IMG/VR virus record: IMGVR_UViG_3300033120_000574
Span: 75,129-139,128 of that record
Direction: 5' to 3' (one strand)
From: a virus
Lineage: Duplodnaviria; Caudoviricetes
Length of the DNA: 64,000 nt
The notes beneath the pieces were generated by a model. The model saw nothing but the letters and a program-made list of their open reading frames with translations, did no database searches and was not told the origin of the DNA. Of this stretch, positions 12,201 through 21,637 are shown piece after piece; the first letter of the stretch is position 1; each line of letters starts with the position of its first letter. Position numbers and translations under genes: made by a program.

Positions 12201-12558
12201 AAACAATTGTGTACAGTGTTGTTGGCTTTCCAGCAGCGTCCACTCTATCTATTTCTGTGATGTTATCTACAAATCCAAAGTGTACACGAGTCCATCCTTG
12301 TCCATCTCCTTTATCACAATAAGCAGCTATGTAGTCATTGGGAAATACATAGTTTAAGTAGTCACGGTCAGCTACCAAACTCATGCTTAAGTTTCCGACA
12401 GACTTTGTAGTCTTTGTAGTGTTTACTGTGACGAGTGCTTTAGATAGGTCAACAGTGTTATTGTGTTGGTGACTCTTAACCAGAATCTTCCAACGTGTTT
12501 TGTATCTACGAGCACCATCTGGACCTAGTGCTCTATCAAGTATTGTTATTGCACTCAT
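9208..12558 (-). CDS. Baseplate hub/tail lysin with an inserted M23 peptidase
   Basis: M23 motifs HNGVD, YGHL, HLHFE; hub C-terminus 'GAPEIRAG...FYVESVSHTW...TNLQVTRG'. Confidence 0.8.
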   Translation of the reverse strand: MSAITILDRALGPDGARRYKTRWKILVKSHQHNNTVDLSKALVTVNTTKTTKSVGNLSMSLVADRDYLNYVFPNDYIAAYCDKGDGQGWTRVHFGFVDNITEIDRVDAAGKPTTLYTIVCSDFQKAFERTQLYFNPHVAARPDFDGNFIGTTNMGGAALRTRGLLAHGSPADVVVNVILLLMGFGGQFILPASFVPRNLNQIRAQRAEFALGLLSEDIRRQVLDLGGYQAFLDQIKTQAGFDDTISTDQLLRTDPESPLAGDIRRNDRQRFSLAAQRALDGRGPNDTGGNGLPLNGGEAFSILNTTVSSAPPTLLDIIDLSTFVERNAIDGYFAELSIWERQDSVWSFINSVSNEIVNELFLDLRPLSRDGGLTVGTDFSRELDELGGNEADVGVNGICHVPALIMREYPFSTIDRIDAQNVPITVVQSSTSATSFTGNAIGNLGTVIFGAIFSDRPNEPGRHVITIPTISVQARSNGTSPETAQKHLDVAVVHNTEIISTSLSRSDTDHFNLIEMVSESALSGEASRFYMRDLSPLITPVAIVRHGLRKRTLNTRCARGGLDLANRVTTVNEPEQALAETTTPAPASSVTVLPVALVEADGVLSQGFVTPENQWWYRPKETRFERPVNNNPNNITPAAGTRYWRFHNGVDIHAPRGTPVRAVRDGLVCMALPQRPRSPNVVPAYGNCVYIFHPQDNMYTLYGHLDRFAENVQPVTRARSSSNLAPFQSTRLNARGGYTEVPVRAGDVIGYVGNTDAEPVDRPETRVDESRFGVHLHFEFNIERNGRSYSSMSDRNRLAPDRFRDAVPAGAPAVSSVLSPTRPPNPDESLTVSQDPVRVFRELFGVTLPVGTAGLLSPDDEVEVTDGGEEAHLPETPPTPGTRETTDTTTSTQQMYTHVDTAMTRRQLARWTLLHDHWYQHNIEYVSGNIEMRGAPEIRAGYRLDLPDRNMSFYVESVSHTWNVDQHMTTNLQVTRGQPTNPHPVYVCPALEGLGATETQRRVNSRLGAFFMCPDPVAVRRALTVRKGTQVVPAQARVSAAYNETDFGERRDNYNETLIDAVTGTSDPNFAAELREAEARSLGITSANNSSSGFSTNPASNSTYSDALARVRRDGI

Positions 12559-14678
12559 CGTTCACCTTGTCCGCCTGTGCTATCAAATACAGCACTGTAG
12601 GAAGGAGGAACCGTCAGTTGCACACTGGCTAGATACGCAAAAACTTCACGCATTTCTCGACCACGTTCCAAGCTAGGGCCAATATTAGGAGCATTACCAC
12701 CATGGTTTCGTTGTGCCGCACGGAAAGCTGCCTCTAACAGTTGTATTGCAGCATCTTCCGCACGTGTCTTAAATGCTTCATTAGCTTCAGTACGGTTGTA
12801 TTCAGTCATTCCACGTATAGCTGGATCGTTTCGGTCAATTCCTTGATCACGAATGAAGAGTGCTGCACTTCCTGCTTCCATTGTGTTCCTAATCTGAGAC
12901 TCATCCAAGTTTGCGTTAGGAACTAGCATCTCTGCATTATTTTTCATCATGTTGTTTATGATCTGATCTGAACCGCTTACTTTCTTTTTGTCACTGCTAG
13001 AGAAACCAAAGCCTTCAGCGATAACATCTAAATTCTTAGCAATTTCACCCATACCACGCAACAGGTCAGTCATTGCAAGAATGCCACCACTCACAGCTTG
13101 CATTATAGGACGTAATGCAGTAAGCGCATCAGCAGCAGCCTTGGTTGCGTTAACCATAGCTGTTTGGTTTTCCATTATAAACTCATGGAAAGAGTCATGA
13201 ACACTTTCCATAGAAGTGTGCAAACTTTCTCCTACATCCACTGAATCTGCTTGATACCTAGCCATTCTTCGTGTTTCTTCCAAAAGTGGATCATTATCAC
13301 CACTAAGTAATCTACGGATGTCTTTCAAGACATCCGTTTCTGACTCCGTCATACTCCTAATCATATTGGAGAGGTTCTCATCTGACTCTCCTGCGGCCAT
13401 AGCAGCTTGCACGGATTCAATCTGATCTAGGCTCAAAGATCCACCAAGAATCTGCTCAAGCGCTAAGTTAGCTTCTTCTCCAGGCCCGCCAAAGGAAGCG
13501 TTATTGTATTCTATCTGCCTCCTAACGAAATCTGCTTGACCTTTTCCATCGGAGCCTAACTGCACTGCCTTACGTGCTTGGTAGTAGCTTGCGCCATTTC
13601 CATAACCCATAGCTGCCATAGCACGTAACTGTCCTTCGTCACCACCACCAGGGTTCCTAAAACCCTGCTCAAGAGCAGACCCGACAGCAGCTCCACGTGC
13701 CCCTTGTAACCCAGCTTGTCCTGACCTGCCTAAAGTAGCAAGAAGCTGTGCATAAGGACCAGTAGTTACAGTACCACCTGCACGTGAAGCTCCTTGTTGG
13801 GTCATTGTCATTACACCTTCAAGAAACTCAGGCATACGCGACTTCTCAATTCCAGATACCATACCTGCGGCGATAGCCCTAGTAAGCTGCTTATACCCAG
13901 CTCCTCCTTCACTAAAGCCAGTTGTGCCTCCCTGTCTAATGGTTCCAAACATACCAGCTGTCTGGTTCATGTCAGTTCCCAATAGACGGGACACAGCCAT
14001 TGTGGACCCAGCACCATCTGCACTTCCCGTAGCACGTGCAGTAAGTGCAGTAGCGTTTATAGCCTCCTCTGGTGTGTATCCCAGCTTACGTGCAGGTATG
14101 TTTCGCAGCATCTTCATGCTGTCTGCAGTTGCTCCACCACCTGCATATCCACTGACATTCGCTAAGTTCTTTGCGTAGCCTTGATAAGAATCATACTGAG
14201 ATGTAATGGCCTGGAAAGGCATGGATACTAATGCTGCCAAAGCTGTAAGTGCAGCACCACCAACCATACCTGCTGCACTACCAAGCCCACCTCCACCGCC
14301 TCTAAACAGTTGTTTGCTTTCACGGCTACGTTTAAGTTCTTGCTCTTGCTTCTTCTTCTCCCTGTTTATATGGTCTTCGGCTTTTTTCTGTTCTCTAGCA
14401 ATCGTACGTGCTGCTTTGGCAGCTTCACGTTGTGCGACCGTTGGACGTGCTGCTGCCTTAGACAACTTGTCATAGAGTGCAATTTGCTCTTTGAGAGCTT
14501 TATTTTGCGCAATGGTCTCAGCAGATTGCTTCTTTTGTTGCTTAAGAAGGTTTGGGATGTTCTCCTTGTTCTTCTTACGGAACTTCTCAACAATAGAAGT
14601 AGACTTCTTTGTTTCTGCGTCAAGATTCTTTGAATCACCTTCAAAGGTTACTAATACTTTGTGATTTGTATCACTCAT
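12555..14678 (-). CDS. Tape measure protein
   Basis: Ala/Gly-rich helical 707 aa, between the chaperones and the hub. Confidence 0.75.
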   Translation of the reverse strand: MSDTNHKVLVTFEGDSKNLDAETKKSTSIVEKFRKKNKENIPNLLKQQKKQSAETIAQNKALKEQIALYDKLSKAAARPTVAQREAAKAARTIAREQKKAEDHINREKKKQEQELKRSRESKQLFRGGGGGLGSAAGMVGGAALTALAALVSMPFQAITSQYDSYQGYAKNLANVSGYAGGGATADSMKMLRNIPARKLGYTPEEAINATALTARATGSADGAGSTMAVSRLLGTDMNQTAGMFGTIRQGGTTGFSEGGAGYKQLTRAIAAGMVSGIEKSRMPEFLEGVMTMTQQGASRAGGTVTTGPYAQLLATLGRSGQAGLQGARGAAVGSALEQGFRNPGGGDEGQLRAMAAMGYGNGASYYQARKAVQLGSDGKGQADFVRRQIEYNNASFGGPGEEANLALEQILGGSLSLDQIESVQAAMAAGESDENLSNMIRSMTESETDVLKDIRRLLSGDNDPLLEETRRMARYQADSVDVGESLHTSMESVHDSFHEFIMENQTAMVNATKAAADALTALRPIMQAVSGGILAMTDLLRGMGEIAKNLDVIAEGFGFSSSDKKKVSGSDQIINNMMKNNAEMLVPNANLDESQIRNTMEAGSAALFIRDQGIDRNDPAIRGMTEYNRTEANEAFKTRAEDAAIQLLEAAFRAAQRNHGGNAPNIGPSLERGREMREVFAYLASVQLTVPPSYSAVFDSTGGQGER

Positions 14679-14684
14679 TGCGCC

Positions 14685-15260
14685 TCACTCATCTGGATCG
14701 AAGTCACCACCAAATGTAGGTTTACTGAACAAACTATCCAAAGGAGTTTGTCCTTTTACATGCAAACCACTTCGGTTTGCATCATTGGCTACACTTTCAA
14801 ACGTATCCTTTATAGATACAGCTGCATAAGGATCTCTAGATTTTGCAATTTCACGTATCTTAGAAATCTGCTGAAGAGATTCTTCGTTAAAGGACTCTAA
14901 CAAATCAGGAGTGATTCCGTCCGCAATTTGTTGTTCCCAACGGTCAACCATTTCATCGCCAGTATCCTTGAACTGGATCTCTCCATCTGCATTTCTGTGC
15001 GACTCTAGTGGAGTCTCTTCATACTTAGAAATGTAGAAGTCTAGTAGGTGTTCGTATACTGTACGTTCTTGAAACAGTTCATGGTTCGAGGGCAGCCCGT
15101 ACTTCTTTATCCACCACCGTGACAGAGCCTCTGTCAGAGTTGGCTTGCGGAACATTTTCTTCGCTGCTTCCTGCGCCAGTTCCGTTATTGGCTTTTCGCT
15201 CGCTCGCCCTTCGGAGAAACGAGTTCTCGAATTCGAGAACCTCCTGGAATACCTTTCCAA
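14685..15260 (-). CDS. Tail assembly chaperone, frameshift extension (GT-like)
   Basis: Overlaps the upstream chaperone by about 180 nt in the +1 frame; 'RWWIKKYGLP'. Confidence 0.65.
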   Translation of the reverse strand: MERYSRRFSNSRTRFSEGRASEKPITELAQEAAKKMFRKPTLTEALSRWWIKKYGLPSNHELFQERTVYEHLLDFYISKYEETPLESHRNADGEIQFKDTGDEMVDRWEQQIADGITPDLLESFNEESLQQISKIREIAKSRDPYAAVSIKDTFESVANDANRSGLHVKGQTPLDSLFSKPTFGGDFDPDE

Positions 15261-15561
15261 TAAGCTGTGGGTCAGAGATCTTATCCAAGTTCCACCAATC
15301 TGGGTGTTGCTTAACTGAGATCTCCAAGTGTGCGATCATGTTATTGAAGTCATCAGTCTGCTCGTCAACACCACGACCAGGATTCTCGGAATCGTAGTAC
15401 ATTCCGCCATTCAGTTGAGACTTGCGTACACCAAGTGCACCCATCTCACGAATACCTAGCTTCTTAACTGTAAAGGTCCCTTGATACCTTCTGTCTTCTA
15501 AATCAGACATGAAATCAATGGAAAATGTTTTTGTGAACGAATTCTTTGTGTCCAAACTCAT
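15079..15561 (-). CDS. Tail assembly chaperone (G-like)
   Basis: Between tube and tape measure; 'YQGTFTVKK...PDWW'; ATG at 15561 with upstream GAGG. Confidence 0.75.
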   Translation of the reverse strand: MSLDTKNSFTKTFSIDFMSDLEDRRYQGTFTVKKLGIREMGALGVRKSQLNGGMYYDSENPGRGVDEQTDDFNNMIAHLEISVKQHPDWWNLDKISDPQLIGKVFQEVLEFENSFLRRASERKANNGTGAGSSEENVPQANSDRGSVTVVDKEVRAALEP

Positions 15562-15611
15562 GTAACCTCTAACCAAGACTTACCATTAAGTAATCTTGTA
15601 GTCAAACAAAT

Positions 15612-15636
15612 AAAGCAGGCCGTCAAGCCTGCTTTA
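15612..15636 (-). terminator. Intrinsic terminator after the tail tube gene
   Basis: Hairpin AAAGCAGGC/GCCTGCTTT with flanking T-runs. Confidence 0.7.
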
Positions 15637-15666
15637 CTTAGATGTCAAGTATAAGCCAGGTTTAGC

Positions 15667-16089
15667 TTATAGCCCATTTTCACTTTCATCCAAAACTCGG
15701 ATAGCAACGAAGCTAACGGACTCTTGTACGATGCCTCTAGCAGTAACGTCCCAAGAGTGTCCAGAACACTTAACGCCTTGAAACAATGCGATAGTAGACC
15801 CTGTGACCTTGTCCTGAATGGAAGCATCCAAGTCACCGGATGTGAGAATATCTTCTTGTCGAGGAAGAATTCCAAGACGCTTCAAGCTATCACCAACAAC
15901 ACGGAAAACCTGTGCATTCAGACTAACTCGGTATGCAACGGGCACGAACTCACGAACCTCTAGCAAAGCTAGAACGTCCACAGGTTCATAGTCAATCATT
16001 TCTTCACCGGAGACTCCTCCAGCAAAAGCCACAGGAGCACTTCCAATTAAGAAAATAGCTCTTGCGCCAGAAAAGGTCTTTGATGCCAT
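15667..16089 (-). CDS. Tail tube protein
   Basis: 140 aa 'MASKTFSGARA...EFVPVAY', Twort/SPO1-like tube features, downstream of the sheath. Confidence 0.8.
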   Translation of the reverse strand: MASKTFSGARAIFLIGSAPVAFAGGVSGEEMIDYEPVDVLALLEVREFVPVAYRVSLNAQVFRVVGDSLKRLGILPRQEDILTSGDLDASIQDKVTGSTIALFQGVKCSGHSWDVTARGIVQESVSFVAIRVLDESENGL

Positions 16090-16148
16090 AGTAAATCTCC
16101 TTATGCACCTAGGTTAACTAAGTGCATCTTGATTATATCAGGTATTTC

Positions 16149-17414
16149 TCAAGTTGGTAGTGTGAACGCAGCTACTGCAGCTTGAGCAGCACGAATCAGT
16201 TCTGCTAGGATGCGATTGTCTCTCATCTGTCCGCCTGCAGTAGCAGTGTAGTTGCGGCTAGCATCTGCAGTATTTTCCGGCATTGTGATGGAAATTGATG
16301 CGCCATCTGCAATTGTGGTAAGGTTTCCAGCCACAGTAAGAGTGTTCTCAGTATTTGAGACAATCTTAGCTACCTGTGCGCCTGCAGTAAACTTCATGTT
16401 CTTGAATGCATCGATACGGAAAGAGCTACCCTTCGTATTCAAACGCACTGTTGTATTGTAGGAGCGACGTGTAACCAATGCAGCAGATGAAGCGCCCACA
16501 GTAACTCCAGAGAACAAAATCTGTTCAGGAGCCAAGGTTCCGCCAAGCTGTTGTACAATGCGAATCAAAACGTCAGTTGTGATGCGAGAGTCCGCGTATA
16601 GGGAGGTAGCAGCAGCGTCTCCACGCCCACGACCATTGCGCAACACGTTGATTGCACTGTTAGCCATGGTACCACGAATTGTGTAAGTATCACCAGCTGC
16701 AGATGCTACTGCAACACCTGCGGAGCCAATCACAGGGCCAGTAAAAGTAAGTATGTTTGCAGTGTTTGAAAGCACTACAGCAGTCTTACCTGCAAGTGCA
16801 GCAGTTACGTTACCTGTAAAAGTAACGGTGTTGCCGATCTGGGAGTTAGCAACAAATGCGCCAGTATCTGTAAGCGTGCTTGTTGTGCCAGAGACTACAG
16901 TCAAAGTAGCTACTGAGTTCAAGCTGTCCATCAAAACTTCAAGTACAGAGGCCACGTCTTGTGCCCTAACAAAGTTAGATGGCAAAGTAGCGATAGCGTC
17001 TGCCCCACCACGACCACCAGACAGGTTAGCAGTAGAAGCGACTGAGATACTTCCTGCACCAGAGCCAGTAGGCAACACAGCAAGTACTAGAGCTGAAGCA
17101 GCTGCACTGCCATTGATTGCTGCAGCGATCAATGTAGCTGTGTTGGAAGCACCAACCACAACACCACTGCTTACAGCTAGTGCTACTGTGATTGCATTAC
17201 CAACCACAGATACAGTTAGGCCGCTTGTGCCTGCAGGCACTGTGAAGGCAACTGAGATGTTATTTCCAGTAACTCCAGGTTCTTGCGCAATCAACTGCAC
17301 ACGAGATGTAGTAGATCCTACAATCAAAGAAGCAGTGGAATAGTTAACACCAGAGCGAAGAAGGTCTCTGATTCTCTTTAGGTAGATTACATTGTCAGTA
17401 GGAATTGCAGGCAT
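16149..17414 (-). CDS. Virion protein, Ala/Thr/Ser-rich beta domains (possible tail decoration)
   Basis: Between sheath and tube; shares 'SGTTST' modules with the sheath insertions; AAGGAG RBS. Confidence 0.5.
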   Translation of the reverse strand: MPAIPTDNVIYLKRIRDLLRSGVNYSTASLIVGSTTSRVQLIAQEPGVTGNNISVAFTVPAGTSGLTVSVVGNAITVALAVSSGVVVGASNTATLIAAAINGSAAASALVLAVLPTGSGAGSISVASTANLSGGRGGADAIATLPSNFVRAQDVASVLEVLMDSLNSVATLTVVSGTTSTLTDTGAFVANSQIGNTVTFTGNVTAALAGKTAVVLSNTANILTFTGPVIGSAGVAVASAAGDTYTIRGTMANSAINVLRNGRGRGDAAATSLYADSRITTDVLIRIVQQLGGTLAPEQILFSGVTVGASSAALVTRRSYNTTVRLNTKGSSFRIDAFKNMKFTAGAQVAKIVSNTENTLTVAGNLTTIADGASISITMPENTADASRNYTATAGGQMRDNRILAELIRAAQAAVAAFTLPT

Positions 17415-17432
17415 GATTACTCCTTAAGTAAA

Positions 17433-19775
17433 TTAGGCAGACTGTGTCGCTCTAGAAAGATAGATATCTGTTAGTTCAAAGTTGATTCCGGGCACTGGAC
17501 ATACGCCTACAGCTAGACGAACAATGTCGCCATCTGAGTACACACGCATGTTGTGATACGCCTTGACAAAAGCACCTGTTGCAGGGTCTGTAGAATCCAC
17601 AATGATGGAATCTGTTCTGTACGTTTCCAACAAGGAGGATGCAGTATCCTTGATGCTCGCCACAGTTGCTGGTGTTGCCTTACGTCCAGTAAATTTACGG
17701 TCAATTTCTGTACGAAGTCCATAAGCTACATGACGGACTACATCACGTACACTGCCTTCAGTGTAGGCAAGATTGTCATCGCGCACCCAAGTTGTGAGGT
17801 CACGTACCCAACGTGTTCCACGACCAGGAACAGTCTCTGCAAACAAGCAGCCTGCAGCGATCAAATCTCCAGAGTCGGTAACATCAGCTGGATCCCAAGA
17901 AGAGTCTTGAGCAATTGCACTTACACGAAGGTACTTATTAGTTAGGGGCTCTCCTACTTCAGCAACACCACAGCGCATACTTGCACCCATGACTGCAAAC
18001 TCACGAGGTCCCTTGAGTACCAAGTCTCCGGATGCGGAAACTACGGTTGGGCTTTGTGAAACAAGTTGAATATCAAAGTCATTCAAGCTGTTTGCAGCTG
18101 CAATGTAAGCAGCCTTGTTTCCACGGAACCCAAGCCATGCTCCACGCTCTAGACCAGCGCTGCCACGTGCAGCTATTACATGGTCCTTCAACTGTGCTGA
18201 CACAGCAGCCCAGGTAGCAGTTGATCCATTGCCTTCATTAACCAAGTCTTGGTCAATCAAAGGAACTACTTCGTCAACTACCTGTAGCAACATGCTATCA
18301 AATCCTGCTTGAAAAGCAGAGTTTGAGGTGGTTCCACGTTCACCACCGTATAGTTGAAAAGTGTATGGAAGGGCATCACCAGTTGTTGCGGGGTAGTCCA
18401 CTACGTTCGCGTCACTACCATCCAATACGTCTGTAGTTGCTCGTGTAGCAATCAAGTACTCGGATTCCAAGTTGATCCAACTTACAATCTCTTGCAAGTC
18501 CTGTCTAAACCCAGCGGTAGATACAGTACCAGTATAGCTACGTTGCAAATTAGTAGTTGTTCCGGTTCCAAAATCAAACTGACTTGCAAGTGTCGTATCA
18601 CTGTTAATGCGAGCAGGCACTGTTGCAACATAGTTTGGGTTAGTGTTGATCAATGCTGCCAACTGACGTAGTGTCATTGTTGACGTAATTGCAATGTTCA
18701 GGTCATCCCCAGTAACACCAGTGATTGTTGTTGCGAAAGCTGTAGCAACACCGGAAGTGCCAGTCATTGTGCCTGTAGCGTTGGTTACTGATCGCAGTTC
18801 TACAATGTCGCCAACAACAGGTACAGCACTGAGTGCTACTGAGAGCGTGACAGCATCAGTGGTATTAGAAGCTACTTTGCTAACTGCTTTCACATTTCCG
18901 GAAGAATCCTTCAGGATGAAAGTGTGGTTAACGTGAGCAGCTGCAATCAAGCTAGCCACAGTGACGTTAACAACAGTGGTAGTAGATCCGGAAACAACAA
19001 GAGAGTTGTCAGCTAGTGTACCACCACGGTACAACACATGTAAGTAGTTTCTAAGTTGTCCACCAAGGCTTGGAGACAATTGTGACACGCCTTCAAAGCT
19101 TGAGTACACTTGGTACGCTTCAGTAGTTGGATCGTAGTCCACAGAAGCGTCGATTCCTGCTGTGTGCAAACCATAGTCACGAGACTGTACAGTAAGCAAA
19201 GTGCTTCGGATCAACACAGGGTCAGCAGCTACTGGCGCTTGTGGAAGCGCAGCATGCAAAGTAATGGAAGAGGTTGTGTTAGCAACGATCCTACGAAGAA
19301 ATGTAGGAGTACCTGGAGCAGCCAAGATTTGAATCTGTACCCAACGACCAATCATTGCACCAGCAACTAGTGTTGCTGCAACGTTAACCACAGTAGAAGT
19401 TGATCCAACTAAAGCAGTAGTTGAAAACAGGTTTGTTGTAAGGCTAGGAAGCTGAACGCTGCTTCGTGTGCTGGAATTTGTCTTATAGACAGCAACTTGT
19501 GCTGCACCACCAGGAACAATGGGATCTCCTGACGACTGGAAAGCAAGCTTAATAGCATCTACAAGGGGGCCACTTTTGAACAAGTCAGTAGCACGACTTG
19601 GGTCACGAAGAAATACAAGCCCAGCAGATCCTGGTGCGCCACCATCTGCTTCTCCAACCAAGCCAAGAACACCACCAGCGGAAACACCAACCTGGTTGAG
19701 TGCATCTGCGTTGACACGGGTGATTCCACCTGGACGGAATCTGGTAACTCCATTGAAAGTAACTGATCTAGTCAT
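17433..19775 (-). CDS. Tail sheath protein
   Basis: 'RPGG...LGLVGEADGGAP', 'GEPLTNKYL', sheath-type C-terminal domain; two inserted 'GST.TVVNV' beta domains. Confidence 0.9.
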   Translation of the reverse strand: MTRSVTFNGVTRFRPGGITRVNADALNQVGVSAGGVLGLVGEADGGAPGSAGLVFLRDPSRATDLFKSGPLVDAIKLAFQSSGDPIVPGGAAQVAVYKTNSSTRSSVQLPSLTTNLFSTTALVGSTSTVVNVAATLVAGAMIGRWVQIQILAAPGTPTFLRRIVANTTSSITLHAALPQAPVAADPVLIRSTLLTVQSRDYGLHTAGIDASVDYDPTTEAYQVYSSFEGVSQLSPSLGGQLRNYLHVLYRGGTLADNSLVVSGSTTTVVNVTVASLIAAAHVNHTFILKDSSGNVKAVSKVASNTTDAVTLSVALSAVPVVGDIVELRSVTNATGTMTGTSGVATAFATTITGVTGDDLNIAITSTMTLRQLAALINTNPNYVATVPARINSDTTLASQFDFGTGTTTNLQRSYTGTVSTAGFRQDLQEIVSWINLESEYLIATRATTDVLDGSDANVVDYPATTGDALPYTFQLYGGERGTTSNSAFQAGFDSMLLQVVDEVVPLIDQDLVNEGNGSTATWAAVSAQLKDHVIAARGSAGLERGAWLGFRGNKAAYIAAANSLNDFDIQLVSQSPTVVSASGDLVLKGPREFAVMGASMRCGVAEVGEPLTNKYLRVSAIAQDSSWDPADVTDSGDLIAAGCLFAETVPGRGTRWVRDLTTWVRDDNLAYTEGSVRDVVRHVAYGLRTEIDRKFTGRKATPATVASIKDTASSLLETYRTDSIIVDSTDPATGAFVKAYHNMRVYSDGDIVRLAVGVCPVPGINFELTDIYLSRATQSA

Positions 19776-19788
19776 AGACTACTCCTGT

Positions 19789-20016
19789 TCAGTAATTCTG
19801 AATTTTGGAATCCCAGTTTTCCAAAGAAAACTTGCTTCCTGCCTCAGCACCCAAAAATGCACGAATGCCTTGTAGGTGCCGTTCTGGACGGTTTCTAATA
19901 CGTGCCCACTGTTCAAAACTGTAAACCTTTGATGTATTGATTGAAATCAACGTCTTAACTCGTGGAGCTATGACATCTGATTCAGATACTTCAAATTCTT
20001 CTGTTTTCTTTGCCAT
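19789..20016 (-). CDS. Small hypothetical protein
   Basis: 75 aa ORF tightly packed in the operon. Confidence 0.6.
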   Translation of the reverse strand: MAKKTEEFEVSESDVIAPRVKTLISINTSKVYSFEQWARIRNRPERHLQGIRAFLGAEAGSKFSLENWDSKIQNY

Positions 20017-20017
20017 G

Positions 20018-21064
20018 TTAAACTTCTAGGTCTGCTACGTCTATCCTAATTGGGTCAGTGGAGCAGCAACCACTTGTTAGTGTAATTTGAATTCTCTTTA
20101 TTGCTTCTTGTTCAAGAATGAAATCAAATGGGTAAGAGAATTGTAAGGTCATGGACCTAGTAAACACTTCATCTGGAAGTAGTTCACTTCGAGGAGCTAA
20201 GTCAGTTCCAGAGATGCGAAGAGCCATTACTCCTTGTGCTTCTAAGAAGTCACGTTGTGCAAACAATATAGCTTTTAGAATACAATACAGGTAAATAACT
20301 TCTTCTTGAGATCCTGCCAAAACTTCCAATTGGTATTGAACTTCATAGTTAGCACCAATACGTCTTTGTGTTTTGTTGTTAACATCGTACTGTCTTGTGG
20401 GCTGCCCATAAGCTAGTTCTTTGTCTTCCGCAAGACGAATGTCTATGATGGAAGTTTCATTACAGTTTACTTCAAATATACCCTCTATGTCAAGGCGATC
20501 AGAGCAAATCGAGTCTATTATTTTAACCTGTCCGGCTCCTGCACCAGACACAACGTGGATTGCTAGGGGAGGCCAAGAAGAATTCTCAGAGAAGAACGCT
20601 TCAAGGACCTCTTGGTCCTCCTCTGTAAAACGAACAACAGAGTATGGGCGCACACCAGTGTCAACCATATTAACTTGGGACAGTACATGAAGGTTACCTA
20701 AAACTAGCGCAGGCAATCCAGCTGTTGGACTTATAGTAGCCCCTCCGTTTCCACCCAAGGTGTCTATTGCCATGTCTTGATCTGGCATTCCATAATTAGG
20801 ATGCACACCCATTAAATCGCCAAGAAATTGATTCGACTCTGATTCGGTCTTCAACAGGAGAATAATTGCTGGAACTTTAACTTCAGTTTTAGGATAGTTG
20901 AGATTGAAATCTATGATCTTAGTCAACATGTACTGTTTGATCTGCTCTTGTTGCACTTCTGGCAGATTCTTGAACAGTAGGTTTATTATACGAGGATCCG
21001 AACGTATGCCTTGCATTCCGTTTATGATAGATCTTTGAAGTATGATTTCAGGTAAAACAGCCAT
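20018..21064 (-). CDS. Tail terminator/neck protein
   Basis: Upstream of the sheath; 'EVIYLYCILKAIL...ISGTDL...FTRSMTLQF'. Confidence 0.6.
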   Translation of the reverse strand: MAVLPEIILQRSIINGMQGIRSDPRIINLLFKNLPEVQQEQIKQYMLTKIIDFNLNYPKTEVKVPAIILLLKTESESNQFLGDLMGVHPNYGMPDQDMAIDTLGGNGGATISPTAGLPALVLGNLHVLSQVNMVDTGVRPYSVVRFTEEDQEVLEAFFSENSSWPPLAIHVVSGAGAGQVKIIDSICSDRLDIEGIFEVNCNETSIIDIRLAEDKELAYGQPTRQYDVNNKTQRRIGANYEVQYQLEVLAGSQEEVIYLYCILKAILFAQRDFLEAQGVMALRISGTDLAPRSELLPDEVFTRSMTLQFSYPFDFILEQEAIKRIQITLTSGCCSTDPIRIDVADLEV

Positions 21065-21637
21065 TTAAAATGTGTCTTTCAAAAACGCAGCAATCTCACG
21101 AGGAAAAATGTTGTTTGTTAACTCATTGACAACTTCTTGTGCCAGGTTCACACCTTTCCAACCTGGATGAATCCAAGAGCTAGCTGGTGATTTGTCTGTG
21201 ACCATTCTGAACACCTTCGGCTTGGTCAAGTTGATTACATGGCCAGGATTCAGTGGAACAATACGATACTTGGTTATTGCACTTTTAGGTGGGAGAGCAG
21301 CAGCCAAAGCTCTAGGAATCTTTCTTTTCTTTGGTGGCCAGGAAAGAGCGTTCTTTAACAGTCCAGGCTTCATATCAAAGCTTGGACCACCTGCTTCAAC
21401 AGCCACAGCCAAAGGGTCATCCAACACCAAGTAAAAAGAAGAAGCATCTACGATAGCCATATCAATGCCCTTTACATAGGCATTCCTAGAAGCTCGAAGC
21501 TTCTTTCCAGCTAAAGCCTTCCAAAATGACTTACCAGCCAAAGCAAGTTTACGAGTCAGCTTTGGAAGCTTGATATTAAATTGCTCATGAGCTTTAAGCA
21601 AAGCATCAGGTAATTGTACATCTATAGACACATTCAT
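21065..21637 (-). CDS. Neck/tail completion protein
   Basis: 'VEAGGPSFDMKPGLL', 'FRMVTDKSPASSWIHPG' as in SPO1-like neck genes. Confidence 0.65.
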   Translation of the reverse strand: MNVSIDVQLPDALLKAHEQFNIKLPKLTRKLALAGKSFWKALAGKKLRASRNAYVKGIDMAIVDASSFYLVLDDPLAVAVEAGGPSFDMKPGLLKNALSWPPKKRKIPRALAAALPPKSAITKYRIVPLNPGHVINLTKPKVFRMVTDKSPASSWIHPGWKGVNLAQEVVNELTNNIFPREIAAFLKDTF

